From contig NC_086108.1 in assembly GCF_963921235.1 (NCBI RefSeq), positions 1,984,001-2,048,000 on the forward strand: 64,000 nt of DNA, given 5' to 3'. The DNA is from Mobula hypostoma (Eukaryota). The notes below the pieces were generated by a model. That model was given only the letters and a program-made list of their open reading frames with translations, searched no databases and was not told the origin of the DNA. A program made the translations under genes and the position numbers. Every line of letters begins with the position of its first letter. The first letter of the stretch is position 1. Below, in pieces: positions 32,701-47,700 of the stretch.

Positions 32701-35700
32701 AGACGAGGGAGAGTTGGTCACGGGTAGTGACGATGGAGAGTTGCTCACGGGTAGAGACGAGGGGAGTTGGTCACGGGTGGAGACGAGGGGAGTTGGTCAC
32801 GGGTAGAGACGAGGGGAGCTGGTCACGGGTAGAGACGAGGGGAGTTGGTCACGGTGGAGACGAGTGAGAGTTGTTCACGGGAAGAGACGAGGGGAGTTGT
32901 TCACGGTTAGAGACGAGGGAGAGTTGGTCACGGGTAGAGACGAGGGGAGATGGTCACGGGTAGAGACGAGGGGAGTTGTTCATGGGTAGAGACGAGGGTG
33001 AGTTGGTCATGGGTAGAGACGAGGGAGAATTGGTCACGGGTAGAGACGAGGGGAGTTGGTCACAGGTAGAGACAAGGGGAACTGGTCACGGGTAGAGACG
33101 AGGGGAGTTGGTCACGGGTAGAGATGACGGGGAGTTGGTCACGGGTAGAGACGAGGGGAGCTGGTCACGGGTAAAGACGAGGAGAGTTGATCACGGGTAG
33201 AGACGTGGGGAGTTGTTCACGGGTAGAGACGAGGGAGAGTTGTTCACGGGTTGAGACGAGGGGAGCTGGTCACGGGTAGAGACGAGGGCAGCTGGTCACG
33301 GGTAGAGACGAGGGGAGTTGGTCACGGGTAGAGACGAGGGAGAGTTGGTCACTGGTAGAGACGAGGGGAGTTGGTCACGCGTAGAGACGAGGGAGAGTTG
33401 GTCACGGGTAGAGACAAGGGGAGTGGGTCACGGGTAGAGACGAGTGAGAGTTGTTCACGGGTAGAGACGAGGGGAGCTGGTCACGGGTAGAGACGAGGGA
33501 GAGTTGGACACGGGTAGTGACGATGGAGAGTTGGCCACGGGTAGAGACGAGGGGAGCTGGTCACGTGTAGAGACGAGGGGAGCTGGTCACGGGTAGAGAC
33601 GAGGGGAGTTGGTCACGGGTAGAGACGAGGGAGAGTTGGTCACTGGTAGAGACGAGGGGAGTTGGTCACGCGTAGAGATGAGGGGAGCTGGTCACGGGTA
33701 GAGACGAGGGAGAGTTGGTCACGGGTTGAGACGAGGGGAGTTGGTCACGGGTAGAGACGAGGGGAGTTGTTCACGGGTCGAGACGAGGGTGAGTTGGTCA
33801 CGGGTAGAGACGAGGGAGAGTTGGTCACGGGTAGAGACGAGGTGAGTTGGTCACGGGTAGAGAGAGGTGAGTTGTTCACGGGTAGAGATGGGGGGAGTTG
33901 GTCACGGGTAGAGACGAGGGGTGTTGGTCACGGGTAGAGACGAGGGAGAGTTGGTCACGCGTAGAGACGAGGGACGTTGGTCCCGAGTCGAGACGATGGG
34001 AGTTGGTCACGGGTAGAGACGAGGGGAGAGTTGGTCACAGGTAGAGACGAGGGGAGTTGGTCACGGGTAGACATGAGGGAGTGTTGGTCATGGAGAGAGA
34101 TGAGGGGAGATGGTCATGGGTAGAGACGAGGGAGAGTTGTTCACGGGTAGAGTCGAGGGGGAGTTATTCACGGGTAGAGACGAGGGGAGCTGATCATTGG
34201 TAGAGACGAGGGGAGTTGGTCACGGGTAGAGACGAGGGAGAGTTGGTCACGGGTACAGACGAGGGGAGTTGGTCACGGGTAGAGACGAGGGAGAGTTGGT
34301 CACGGGTAGTGACGATGGAGAGTTGCTCACGGGTAGAGACGAGGGGAGTTGCTCACGGGTGGAGACGAGGGGAGTTGGTCACGGGTAGTGACGAGGGGAG
34401 CTGGTCACGGGTAGAGACGAGGGGAGTTGGTCACGGTGGAGACGAGTGAGAGTTGTTCACGGGAAGAGACGAGGGGAGTTGTTTACGGGTAGAGACGAGG
34501 GAGAGTTGGTCACGGGTAGAGACGAGGGGAGCTGTTCACGGGTAGAGACGAGGGGAGTTGGTCACGGGTAGAGACGCGGGCAGCTGGTCACGGGTAGAGA
34601 CGAGGGGAGTTGTTCACGGGTAGAGATGAGGGGAGCTGGTCACGGGGAGAGACGAGGGAGAGTTGGTCATGGGTTGAGACGAGGGGAGTTGGTCACGGGT
34701 AGAGACGAGGGGAGTTGTTCACGGGTCGAGACGTGGGTGAGTTGTTCCCGGGTAGAGACGAGAGAGAGTTGGTCACGGGTAGAGACGAGGTGAGTTGGTC
34801 ACGGGTAGAGAGAGGTGAGTTGTTCACGGGTAGAGACGGGGGGGAGTTGGTCACAGGTAGAGACGAGGGGTGTTGGTCACTGGTAGAGACGAGGGGAGTT
34901 GGTCACAGGTAGAGACGAGGGGAGTTGGTCACGGGTAGAGACGAGGGAGAGTTGGTCACGCGTAGAGACGAGGGGAGTTGGTCCCGAGTCGAGACGATGG
35001 GAGTTGGTCACGGGTAGAGACGAGTGGAGCTGGTCACGGGTAGAGACGAGGAGAGTTGGTCACGGGTAGAGACGGGGGGAGTTGGTCACGGGTAGAGACG
35101 AGGGGATCTGGTCACGGGTAGAGACGAGGGAGAGTTGGTCACGGGTGGAGACGAGGGGAGTTGGTCACGGGTGGAGACGAGGGAGAGTTGGTCACGGGTA
35201 GAGACGAGGGAGAGTTGGTCACGGGTAGACACGAGGGGAGTTGTTCACGGGTAGAGACGAGGGAGAGTTGGTCACGGGCAGGGACGAGGGGAGTTGGTCA
35301 CGGGTAGAGACGAGGGGAGTTGGTCACGGGTAGAGATGACGGAGCGTTGGTCACGGGTAGAGACGAGGGGAGTTGGTCACGGGTAGAGATGACGGAGCGT
35401 TGGTCACGGGTAGAGACAAGGGGAGTGGGTCACGGGTAGAGACGAGTGAGAGTTGTTCATGGGTAGAGACGAGAGGAGTTGTTCATGGGTAGAGACGTGG
35501 GGAGCTGGTCACAGGTAGAGACGAGGGGAGTTGGTCACGGGTAGAGACGAGGGAGAGTTGGTCACGGGTAGAGACGATGGAGAATTGGTCACGGGTAGGG
35601 ACAGGGGAGTTGGTCACGGGTAGAGATGAGGAGAGTTGGTCACGGGTAGAGACGAAGGGAGTTGGTCAAGGGCAGAGACGAGGGGGAGTTGGTCACGAGC

Positions 35701-38700
35701 AGAGACGAGGGGAGTTGGTCACGGGTAGAGACGATGGGAGTTGGTCACGGGTAGAGACGAGGGAGAGTTGGTCATTGGTAGAGACGAGGGGAGTTGGTCA
35801 CGGGTAGAGAGGAGGGGCGTTGGTCACGGGTAGAGACGAGGGGAGTTGGTCACGGGTAGAGATGAGGGGAGTTGGTCATGGGTAGAGACGAGCGGAGTTG
35901 GTCACGGGTAGAGACGAGGGAGAGTTGGTCATTGGTCGAGACGAGGGGAGTTGGTCATGCGTAGAGACGAGGGGAGTTGGTCACGGGTAGAAACGAGGGA
36001 GAGTTGGTCACGGGTAGAGACGAGTGGAGTTGGTCACACGTGGAGACGAGGGGAGTTGGTCACGGGTAGAGACCGGGGGAGTTGGTCACGGGTAGAGACG
36101 GGGGGAGTTGGTCATGGGTAGAGATGACGGAGAGTTGGTCATGGGTAGAGACGAGGGAGAGTTGTTCATGGGTAGAGACGAGGGAGAGTTTGTCATGGAG
36201 AGAGATGAGGGGAGATGGTCATGGGTAGAGATGAGGGAGAGTTGGTCATGGAGAGAGATGAGGGGAGATGGTCATGGGTAGAGACGAGGGAGAGTTGTTC
36301 ACAGGTAGAGACGAGGGGGAGTTATTCACGGGTAGAGACGAGGGGAGCTGGTCATTGGTAGAGACGAGGGGAGTTGGTCACGTGTAGAGACGAGGGAGAG
36401 TTGGTCACGGGTACAGACGAGGGGAGTTGGTCACGGGTAGAGACGAGGGAGAGTTGGTCACGGGTAGTGACGATGGAGAGTTGCTCACGGGTAGAGACGA
36501 GGGGAGTTGGTCACGGGTGGAGACGAGGGGAGTTGGTCACGGGTAGAGACGAGGGGAGCTGGTCACGGGTAGAGACGAGGGGAGTTGGTCACGGTGGAGA
36601 CGAGTGAGAGTTGTTCACGGGAAGAGACGAGGGGAGTTGTTCACGGTTAGAGACGAGGGAGAGTTGGTCACGGGTAGAGACGAGGGGAGATGGTCACGGG
36701 TAGAGACGAGGGGAGTTGTTCATGGGTAGAGACGAGGGTGAGTTGGTCATGGGTAGAGACGAGGGAGAATTGGTCACGGGTAGAGACGAGGGGAGTTGGT
36801 CACAGGTAGAGACAAGGGGAACTGGTCACGGGTAGAGACGAGGGGAGTTGGTCACGGGTAGAGATGACGGGGAGTTGGTCACGGGTAGAGACGAGGGGAG
36901 CTGGTCACGGGTAAAGACGAGGAGAGTTGATCACGGGTAGAGACGTGGGGAGTTGTTCACGGGTAGAGACGAGGGAGAGTTGTTCACGGGTTGAGACGAG
37001 GGGAGCTGGTCACGGGTAGAGACGAGGGCAGCTGGTCACGGGTAGAGACGAGGGGAGTTGGTCACGGGTAGAGACGAGGGAGAGTTGGTCACTGGTAGAG
37101 ACGAGGGGAGTTGGTCACGCGTAGAGATGAGGGGAGCTGGTCACGGGTAGAGACGATTGGAGCTGGTCACGGGTAGAGACGAGGGGAGCTGGTCACGGGT
37201 AGAGACGAGGGGAGCTGGTCACGGGTAGAGACGAGGGAGAGTTGGACACGGGTAGTGACGATGGAGAGTTGGCCACGGGTAGAGACGAGGGGAGCTGGTC
37301 ACGTGTAGAGACGAGGGGAGCTGGTCACGGGTAGAGACGAGGGGAGTTGGTCACGGGTAGAGACGAGGGAGAGTTGGTCACTGGTAGAGACGAGGGGAGT
37401 TGGTCACGCGTAGAGATGAGGGGAGCTGGTCACGGGTAGAGACGAGGGAGAGTTGGTCACGGGTTGAGACGAGGGGAGTTGGTCACGGGTAGAGACGAGG
37501 GGAGTTGTTCACGGGTCGAGACGAGGGTGAGTTGGTCACGGGTAGAGACGAGGGAGAGTTGGTCACGGGTAGAGACGAGGTGAGTTGGTCACGGGTAGAG
37601 AGAGGTGAGTTGTTCACGGGTAGAGATGGGGGGAGTTGGTCACGGGTAGAGACGAGGGGTGTTGGTCACGGGTAGAGACGAGGGAGAGTTGGTCACGCGT
37701 AGAGACGAGGGACGTTGGTCCCGAGTCGAGACGATGGGAGTTGGTCACGGGTAGAGACGAGGGGAGAGTTGGTCACAGGTAGAGACGAGGGGAGTTGGTC
37801 ACGGGTAGACATGAGGGAGTGTTGGTCATGGAGAGAGATGAGGGGAGATGGTCATGGGTAGAGACGAGGGAGAGTTGTTCACGGGTAGAGTCGAGGGGGA
37901 GTTATTCACGGGTAGAGACGAGGGGAGCTGATCATTGGTAGAGACGAGGGGATTTGGTCACGGGTAGAGACGAGGGAGAGTTGGTCACGGGTACAGACGA
38001 GGGGAGTTGGTCACGGGTAGAGACGAGGGAGAGTTGGTCACGGGTAGTGACGATGGAGAGTTGCTCACGGGTAGAAACGAGGGGAGTTGCTCACGGGTGG
38101 AGACGAGGGGAGTTGGTCACGGGTAGTGACGAGGGGAGCTGGTCACGGGTAGAGACGAGGGGAGTTGGTCACGGTGGAGACGAGTGAGAGTTGTTCACGG
38201 GAAGAGACGAGGGGAGTTGTTTACGGGTAGAGACGAGGGAGAGTTGGTCACGGGTAGAGACGAGGGGAGCTGTTCACGGGTAGAGACGAGGGGAGTTGGT
38301 CACGGGTAGAGACGCGGGCAGCTGGTCACGGGTAGAGACGAGGGGAGTTGTTCACGGGTAGAGATGAGGGGAGCTGGTCACGGGGAGAGACGAGGGGAGT
38401 TGGTCACGGGTTGAGACGAGGGGAGTTGGTCACGGGTAGAGACGAGGGGAGTTGTTCACGGGTCGAGACGTGGGTGAGTTGTTCACGGGTAGAGACGAGG
38501 GAGAGTTGGTCACGGGTAGAGACGAGGTGAGTTGGTCACGGGTAGAGAGAGGTGAGTTGTTCACGGGTAGAGACGGGGGGGAGTTGGTCACAGGTAGAGA
38601 CGAGGGGTGTTGGTCACTGGTAGAGACGAGGGGAGTTGGTCACAGGTAGAGACGAGGGGAGTTGGTCACGGGTAGAGACGAGGGAGAGTTGGTCACGCGT

Positions 38701-41700
38701 AGAGACGAGGGGAGTTGGTCCCGAGTCGAGACGATGGGAGTTGGTCACGGGTAGAGACGAGTGGAGCTGGTCACGGGTAGAGACGAGGAGAGTTGGTCAC
38801 GGGTAGAGACGGGGGGAGTTGGTCACGGGTAGAGACGAGGGGATCTGGTCACGGGTAGAGACGAGGGAGAGTTGGTCACGGGTGGAGACGAGGGGAGTTG
38901 GTCACGGGTGGAGACGAGGGAGAGTTGGTCACGGGTAGAGACGAGGGAGAGTTGGTCACGGGTAGACACGAGGGGAGCTGGTCACGGGTATAGACGAGGG
39001 GAGCTGGTCACAGGTAGAGATGAGGGGAGTTGCTCTCGGGTAGGGACGAGGGGAGTTGGTCACGGTTAGAGACGATTGGAGTTGGTCACGGGTAGAGACG
39101 AGGGGAGTTGTTCACGGGTAGAGACGAGGGAAGTTGGTCACGGGTAGAGACGAGGGTAAGTTGGTCACGCGTAGAGACGAGGGGAGTTGGTCACGGGTAG
39201 AGACGAGGGGAGTTGTTCATGGGTAGAGACGAGGGGAGTTGGTCACACGTGGAGACGAGGGGAGTTGGTCACGGGTAGAGACGAGGGGAGCTGGTCACAG
39301 GTAGAGACGAGGGGAGTTGCTCTCGGGTAGGGACGAGGGGAGTTGGTCACGGGTAGTGACGAGTGGAGTTGGTCACACGTGGAGATGAGGGGAGTTGGTC
39401 ACGGGTAGAGACGAGGGAGAGTTGGTCACAGGTGGAGACGAGTGGAGTTGGTCACACGTGGAGACGAGGGGAGTTGGTCACGGGTAGAGACCGGGGGAGT
39501 TGGTCGCGGGTAGAGACGGGGGGAGTTGGTCATGGGTAGAGATGACGGAGAGTTGGTCATGGGTAGAGACGAGGGAGAGTTGTTCATGGGTAGAGACGAA
39601 GGAGAGTTGGTCATGGGTAGAAACGAGGGGAGTTGGTCACGCGTAGAGACGAGGGGAGTTGGTCACGGGTAGAGACGAGGGGAGTTGTTCACGGGTCGAG
39701 ACGAGGGTGAGTTGATCACGGGCAGAGACGAGGGAGAGTTGGTCACGGGTAGAGAGAGGTGAGTTGTTCACGGGTAGAGATGGGGGGAGTTGGTCACGGG
39801 TAGAGACGAGAGAGAGTTGGTCACGCGTAGAGACGAGGGGAGTTGGTCCCGAGTCGAGACGATGGGAGTTGGTCACGGGTAGAGACGAGGGGAGTTGGTC
39901 ACGGGTAGAAACCGGGGGAGTTGGTCACGGGTAGAGACGGGGGGAGTTGGTCACGGGTAGAGACGAGGGGAGCTGGTCACGGGTAGAGACGAGGGGAGCT
40001 GGTCACGGGTAGCGACGAGGAAGAGTTGGTCACGGGTAGAGACGAGGGAGAGTTGGTCACAGGTGGAGACGAGGGGAGTTGGTCACGGGTGGAGACGAGG
40101 GAGAGTTGGTCACGGTTAGAGACGAGGGGAGTTGGTCACGGGTAGAGAGAGGTGAGTTGTTCACGGGTAGAGATGGGGGGAGTTGGTCACGGGTAGAGAC
40201 GAGGGAGAGTTGGTCACGCGTAGAGACGAGGGGAGTTGGTCCCGAGTCGAGACGATGGGAGTTGGTCACGGGTAGAGACGAGGGGAGTTGGTCACGGGTA
40301 GAAACCGGGGGAGTTGGTCACGGCTAGAGACGGGGGGAGTTGGTCACGGGTAGAGACGAGGGGAGCTGGTCACGGGTAGAGACGAGGGGAGCTGGTCACG
40401 GGTAGCGACGAGGAAGAGTTGGTCACGGGTAGAGACGAGGGAGAGTTGGTCACAGGTGGAGACGAGGGGAGTTGGTCACGGGTGGAGACGAGGGAGAGTT
40501 GGTCACGGTTAGAGACGAGGCGAGTTGGTCACGGGTAGAGACGAGGGGAGTTGGTCACGGTTAGAGACGAGGGGAGTTGTTCACGGGTAGAGACGAGGGG
40601 AGTTGGTCACGGGTAGAGACGAAGGGAGTTGGTCACGGGTAGAGACCGGGGGAGTTGGTCACGGGTAGAGACGGGGGGAGTTGGTCACGGGTAGAGACGA
40701 GGGGAGCTGGTCACGGGTAGAGACGAGGGAGAGTTGGTCACGGGTGGAGACGAGGGGAGTTGGTCACGGGTGGAGACGAGGGAGAGTTGGTCACGGGTAG
40801 AGACGAGGGAGAGTTGGTCACGGGTAGACACGAGGGGAGCTGGTCACGGGTATACACGAGGGGAGCTGGTCACAGGTAGAGACGAGGGGAGTTGCTCTCG
40901 GGTAGGGACGAGGGGAGTTGGTCACGGTTAGAGACGAGGGGAGTTGGTCACGGGTAGAGACGAGGGGAGTTGTTCACGGGTAGAGACGAGGGGAGTTGGT
41001 CACGGGTAGAGACGAGGGAGAGTTGGTCACTGGTAGAGACGAGGGGAGTTGGTCACGCGTAGAGATGAGGGGAGCTGGTCACGGGTAGAGACGAGGGAGA
41101 GTTGGTCACGGGTTGAGACGAGGGGAGTTGGTCACGGGTAGAGACGAGGGGAGTTGTTCACGGGTCGAGACGAGGGTGAGTTGGTCACGGGTAGAGACGA
41201 GGGAGAGTTGGTCACATGTAGAGACGAGGTGAGTTGGTCACGGGTAGAGAGAGGTGAGTTGTTCACGGGTAGAGATGGGGGGAGTTGGTCACGGGTAGAG
41301 ACGAGGGGTGTTGGTCACGGGTAGAGACGAGGGAGAGTTGGTCACGCGTAGAGACGAGGGACGTTGGTCCCGAGTCGAGACGATGGGAGTTGGTCACGGG
41401 TAGAGACGAGGGGTGAGTTGGTCACTGGTAGAGACGAGGGGAGTTGGTCACGGGTAGAGACGAGGGAGAGTTGGTCATGGAGAGAGATGAGGGGAGATGG
41501 TCATGGGTAGAGACGAGGGAGAGTTGTTCACGGGTAGAGTCGAGGGGGAGTTATTAAGGGGTTGAGCCGAGGGGAGCTGGTCATTGTCTGTGACTAGGGG
41601 CGTTGGTCACGGGTAGAGACGAGGGAGAGTTGGTCACGGGTACAGACGAGGGGAGTTGGTCACGGGTAGAGACGAGGGAGAGTTGGTCACGGGTAGTGAC

Positions 41701-44700
41701 GATGGAGAGTTGCTCACGGGTAGAAACGAGGGGAGTTGCTCACGGGTGGAGACGAGGGGAGTTGGTCACGGGTAGAGACGAGGGGAGCTGGTCACGGGTA
41801 GAGACGAGGGGAGTTGGTCACGGTGGAGACGAGTGAGAGTTGTTCACGGGAAGAGACGAGGGGAGTTGTTCACGGGTAGAGACGAGGGAGAGTTGGTCAC
41901 GGGTAGAGACGAGGGGAGCTGCTCACGGGTAGAGACGAGGGGAGTTGGTCACGGGTAGAGACGCGGGCAGCTGGTCACGGGTAGAGACGAGGGGAGTTGT
42001 TCACGGGTAGAGACGAGGGGAGTTGGTCACGGGGAGAGACGAGGGAGAGTTGGTCATGGGTTGAGACGAGGGGAGTTGGTCACGGGTAGAGACGAGGGGA
42101 GTTGTTCCCGGGTAGAGACGAGAGAGAGTTGGTCACGGGTAGAGACGAGGTGAGTTGGTCACGGGTAGAGAGAGGTGAGTTGTTCACGGGTAGAGACGGG
42201 GGGGAGTTGGTCACAGGTAGAGACGAGGGGTGTTGGTCACGGGTAGAGACGAGGGAGAGTTGGTCATGCGTAGAGATGAGGGGAGTTGGTCCCGAGTCGA
42301 GACGATGGGAGTTGGTCACGGGTAGAGACGAGGGAGAGTTGGTCACGGGTAGACACGAGGGGAGCTGGTCACGGGTAAAGACGAGGGGAGCTGGTCACAG
42401 GTAGAGACGAGGGGAGTTGCTCTCGGGTAGGGACGAGGGGAGTTGGTCACGGTTAGAGACGATTGGAGTTGGTCACGGGTAGAGACGAGGGGAGTTGTTC
42501 ACGGGTAGAGACGAGGGAAGTTGGTCACGGGTAGAGACGAGGGTGAGTTGGTCACGCGTAGAGACGAGGGGAGTTGGTCACGGGTAGAGACGAGGGGAGT
42601 TGGTCATGGGTAGAGACGAGGGGAGTTGGTCACACGTGGAGACGAGGGGAGTTGGTCACGGGTAGAGACGAGGGGAGCTGGTCACAGGTAGAGACGAGGG
42701 GAGTTGCTCTCGGGTAGGGACGAGGGGAGTTGGTCACGGGTAGTGACGAGTGGAGTTGGTCACACGTGGAGATGAGGGGAGTTGGTCACGGGTAGAGACG
42801 AGGGAGAGTTGGTCACAGGTGGAGACGAGTGGAGTTGGTCACACGTGGAGACGAGGGGAGTTGGTCACGGGTAGAGACCGGGGGAGTTGGTCACGGGTAG
42901 AGACGGGGGGAGTTGGTCATGGGTAGAGATGACGGAGAGTTGGTCATGGGTAGAGACGAGGGAGAGTTGTTTATGGGTAGAGACGAAGGAGAGTTGGTCA
43001 TGGGTAGAAACGAGGGGAGTTGGTGATGCGTAGAGACGAGGGGAGTTGGTCACGGGTAGAGACGAGGGGAGTTGTTCACGGGTCGAGACGAGGGTGAGTT
43101 GATCACGGGCAGAGACGAGGGAGAGTTGGTCACGGGTAGAGAGAGGTGAGTTGTTCACGGGTAGAGATGGGGGGAGTTGGTCACGGGTAGAGACGAGAGA
43201 GAGTTGGTCACGCGTAGAGACGAGGGGAGTTGGTCCCGAGTCGAGACGATGGGAGTTGGTCACGGGTAGAGACGAGGGGAGTTGGTCACGGGTAGAAACC
43301 GGGGGAGTTGGTCACGGGTAGAGACGGGGGGAGTTGGTCACGGGTAGAGACGAGGGGAGCTGGTCACGGGTAGAGACGAGGGGAGCTGGTCACGGGTAGC
43401 GACGAGGAAGAGTTGGTCACGGGTAGAGACGAGGGAGAGTTGGTCACAGGTGGAGACGAGGGGAGTTGGTCACGGGTGGAGACGAGGGAGAGTTGGTCAC
43501 GGTTAGAGACGAGGGGAGTTGGTCACGGGTAGAGACGAGGGGAGTTGGTCACGGTTAGAGACGAGGGGAGTTGTTCACGGGTAGAGACGAGGGGAGTTGG
43601 TCACGGGTAGAGACGAGGGGAGTTGGTCATGGGTAGAGACGAGGGGAGTTGGTCACACGTGGAGACGAGGGGAGTTGGTCACGGGTAGTGACGATGGAGA
43701 GTTGGTCAGGGGTAGAGACGAGGGGAGCTGGTCACGTGCAGAGACGGGGGGAGCTGGTCACGGACAGAGACGAGGGGAGTTGGTCACGGGTAGAGACGAG
43801 GGAGAGTTGGTCACGGGTAGAGGCGAGGGGAGTTGGTCACGGGTAGAGACGAGGGGAGTTGGTCACGGGTAGAGACGAGGGAGAGTTGGTCATTGGTCGA
43901 GACGAGGGGAGTTGGTCACGCGTAGAGACGAGGGGAGTTGGTCACGGGTAGAGACGAGGGAGAGTTGGTTACGGGTAGAGACGAGTGGAGTTGGTCACAC
44001 GTGGAGCCGAGAGGAGTTGGTCACGGGTAGAGACCGGGGGAGTTGGTCATGGGTAGAGACGAGGGGAGTCGGTCACGGGTAGAGACGAGGGTGAGTTGTT
44101 CACGGGTAGAGACGAGGGTGAGTTGGTCACGGGTAGAGACAAGGGAGAGTTGGTCACGGGTAGAGACGATGGAGAGTTGGTCACGGGTAAGGACGAGGGG
44201 AGTTGGTCACGGGTAGAGACGAGGGGGAGTTGGTCACGGGTAGAGAGGAGGGGGAGTTGGTCACGGGTAGAGAGGAGGAGAGTTGGTCACGGGTAGAGAC
44301 GAGGGGAGTTGTTCACGGGTAGAGACGGGGGGAGTTGGTCACGGGTTAAGACGGGGGGTGTTGGTCACGGGTAGAGACGAGGGGAGTTGCTCTCGGGTAG
44401 GGACGAGGGGAGTTGGTCACGGTTAGAGACGAGGGGAGTTGGTCACGGGTAGAGACGAGGGGAGTTGTTCACGGGTAGAGACGAGGGGAGTTGGTCACGG
44501 GTAGAGACGAGGGGAGTTGGTCATGGGTAGAGACGAGGGGAGTTGGTCACACGTGGAGACGAGGGGAGTTGGTCACGGGTAGTGACGATGGAGAGTTGGT
44601 CACGGGTAGAGACGAGGCGAGCTAGTCACGTGCAGAGACGGGGGAGCTGGTCACGGACAGAGACGAGGGAGAGTTGGTCAAGGGTAGAGGCGAGGGGAGT

Positions 44701-47700
44701 TGGTCACGGGTAGAGACGAGGGGAGTTGGTCACGGGTAGAGAGGAGGGGCGTTGGTCACGGGTAGAGACGAGGGAAGTTGGTCACGGGTAGAGACGAGGG
44801 GAGTTGGTCACGGGTAGAGACGTGCGGAGTTGGTCACGGGTAGAGACGAGGGAGAGTTGGTCATTGGTCGAGACGAGGGGAGTTGGTCACGCGTAGAGAC
44901 GAGGGGAGTTGGTCACGGGTAGAGACGAGGGAGAGTTGATCACGGGTAGAGACGAGTGGAGTTGGTCACACGTGGAGACGAGGGGAGTTGGTCACGGGTA
45001 GAGACCGGGGGAGTTGGTCATGGGTAGAGACGAGGGGAGTTGGTCACGGGTAGAGACGAGGGTGAGTTGTTCACGGGTAGAGACGAGGGTGAGTTGGTCA
45101 CGGGTAGAGACGAGGGAGAGTTGGTCACGGGTAGAGACGAGGGAGAGTTGGTCACGGGTAAGGACGAGGGGAGTTGGTCACGGGTAGAGACGAGGGGGAG
45201 TTGGTCACGGGTAGAGAGGAGGGGGAGTTGGTCACGGGTAGAGAGGAGGGGAGTTGGTCACGGGTAGAGACGAGGGGAGTTGGTCACGGGTAGAGACGTG
45301 TGGAGTTGGTCACGGGTAAAGACGGGGGGTGTTGGTCACGGGTAGAGACGAGGGGAGCTGTTCACGGGTAGAGACGAGGGGAGTTGGTCACGGGTAGAGA
45401 CGAGGGGAGCTGGTCACGGGTAGAGACGAGGGGAGTTGGTCATGGGTAGAGACGAGGGGAGTTGGTCACACGTGGAGACGAGGGGAGTTGGTCACGGGTA
45501 GTGACGATGGAGAGTTGGTCAGGGGTAGAGACGAGGGGAGCTGGTCACGTGCAGAGACGGGGGGAGCTGGTCACGGACAGAGACGAGGGGAGTTGGTCAC
45601 GGGTAGAGACGAGGGAGAGTTGGTCACGGGTAGAGGCGAGGGGAGTTGGTCAAGGGTAGAGACGAGGGGAGTTGGTCACGGGTAGAGACGAGGGAGAGTT
45701 GGTCATTGGTCGAGACGAGGGGAGTTGGTCACGCGTAGAGACGAGGGGAGTTGGTCACGGGTAGAGACGAGGGAGAGTTGGTTACGGGTAGAGACGAGTG
45801 GAGTTGGTCACACGTGGAGCCGAGAGGAGTTGGTCACGGGTAGAGACCGGGGGAGTTGGTCATGGGTAGAGACGAGGGGAGTCGGTCACGGGTAGAGACG
45901 AGGGTGAGTTGTTCACGGGTAGAGACGAGGGTGAGTTGGTCACGGGTAGAGACAAGGGAGAGTTGGTCACGGGTAGAGACGAGGGAGAGTTGGTCACGGG
46001 TAAGGACGAGGGGAGTTGGTCACGGGTAGAGACGAGAGGGAGTTGGTCACGGGTAGAGAGGAGGGGGAGTTGGTCACGGGTAGAGAGGAGGAGAGTTGGT
46101 CACGGGTAGAGACGAGGGGAGTTGGTCACGGGTAGAGACGGGGGGAGTTGGTCACGGGTTAAGACGGGGGGTGTTGGTCACGGGTAGAGACGAGGGGAGT
46201 TGCTCTCGGGTAGGGACGAGGGGAGTTGGTCACGGTTAGAGACGAGGGGAGTTGGTCACGGGTAGAGACGAGGGGAGTTGTTCACGGGTAGAGACGAGGG
46301 GAGTTGGTCACGGGTAGAGACGAGGGGAGTTGGTCATGGGTAGAGACGAGGGGAGTTGGTCACACGTGGAGACGAGGGGAGTTGGTCACGGGTAGTGACG
46401 ATGGAGAGTTGGTCACGGGTAGAGACGAGGCGAGCTAGTCACGTGCAGAGACGGGGGAGCTGGTCACGGACAGAGACGAGGGGAGTTGGTCACGGGTAGA
46501 GACGAGGGGAGTTGGTCACGGGTAGAGACGAGGGGAGTTGTTCACGGGTCGAGACGTGGGTGAGTTGTTCACGGGTAGACACGAGAGAGAGTTGGTCACG
46601 GGTAGAGACGAGGTGAGTTGGTCACGGGTAGAGACGAGGGGAGTTGGTCACGGGTAGAGACGAGGGGTGTTGGTCACGGGTAGAGACGAGGGAGAGTTGG
46701 TCACGCGTAGAGACGAGGGGTGTTGGTCACGGGTAGAGACGAGGGAGAGTTGGTCACGCGTAGAGACGAGGGGAGTTGGTCACGGGTAGAGACGAGGGAG
46801 AGTTGGTCACTGGTAGAGACGAGGGGAGTTGGTCACGGGTAGAGACGAGGGAGAGTTGGTCACGGGTAGAGACGAGGGGAGTTGGTCACGGGTAGAGACG
46901 AGGGGAGTTGTTCACGGGTCGAGACGAGGGTGAGTTGGTCACGGGTAGAGACGAGGGAGAGTTGGTCACATGTAGAGACGAGGTGAGTTGGTCACGGGTA
47001 GAGAGAGGTGAGTTGTTCACGGGTAGAGATGGGGGGAGTTGGTCACGGGTAGAGACGAGGGGTGTTGGTCACGGGTAGAGACGAGGGAGAGTTGGTCACG
47101 CGTAGAGACGAGGGACGTTGGTCCCGCGTCGAGACGATGGGAGTTGGTCACGGGTAGAGACGAGGGGAGAGTTGGTCACAGGTAGAGACGAGGGGAGTTG
47201 GTCACGGGTAGAGACGAGGGAGAGTTGGTCATGGAGAGAGATGAGGGGAGATGGTCATGGGTAGAGACGAGGGAGAGTTGTTCACGGGTAGAGACGAGGG
47301 GGAGTTATTCACGGGTAGAGACGAGGGGAGCTGGTCATTGGTAGAGACGAGGGGAGTTGGTCACGGGTAGAGACGAGGGAGAGTTGGTCACGGGTACAGA
47401 CGAGGGGAGTTGGTCACGGGTAGAGACGAGGGAGAGTTGGTCACGGGTAGTGACGATGGAGAGTTGCTCACGGGTAGAGACGAGGGGAGTTGCTCACGGG
47501 TGGAGACGAGGGGAGTTGGTCACGGGTAGAGACGAGGGGAGCTGGTCACGGGTAGAGACGAGGGGAGTTGGTCACGGTGGAGACGAGTGAGAGTTGTTCA
47601 CGGGAAGAGACGAGGGGAGTTGTTCACGGGTAGAGACGAGGGAGAGTTGGTCACGGGTAGAGACGAGGGGAGCTGCTCACGGGTAGAGACGAGGGGAGTT

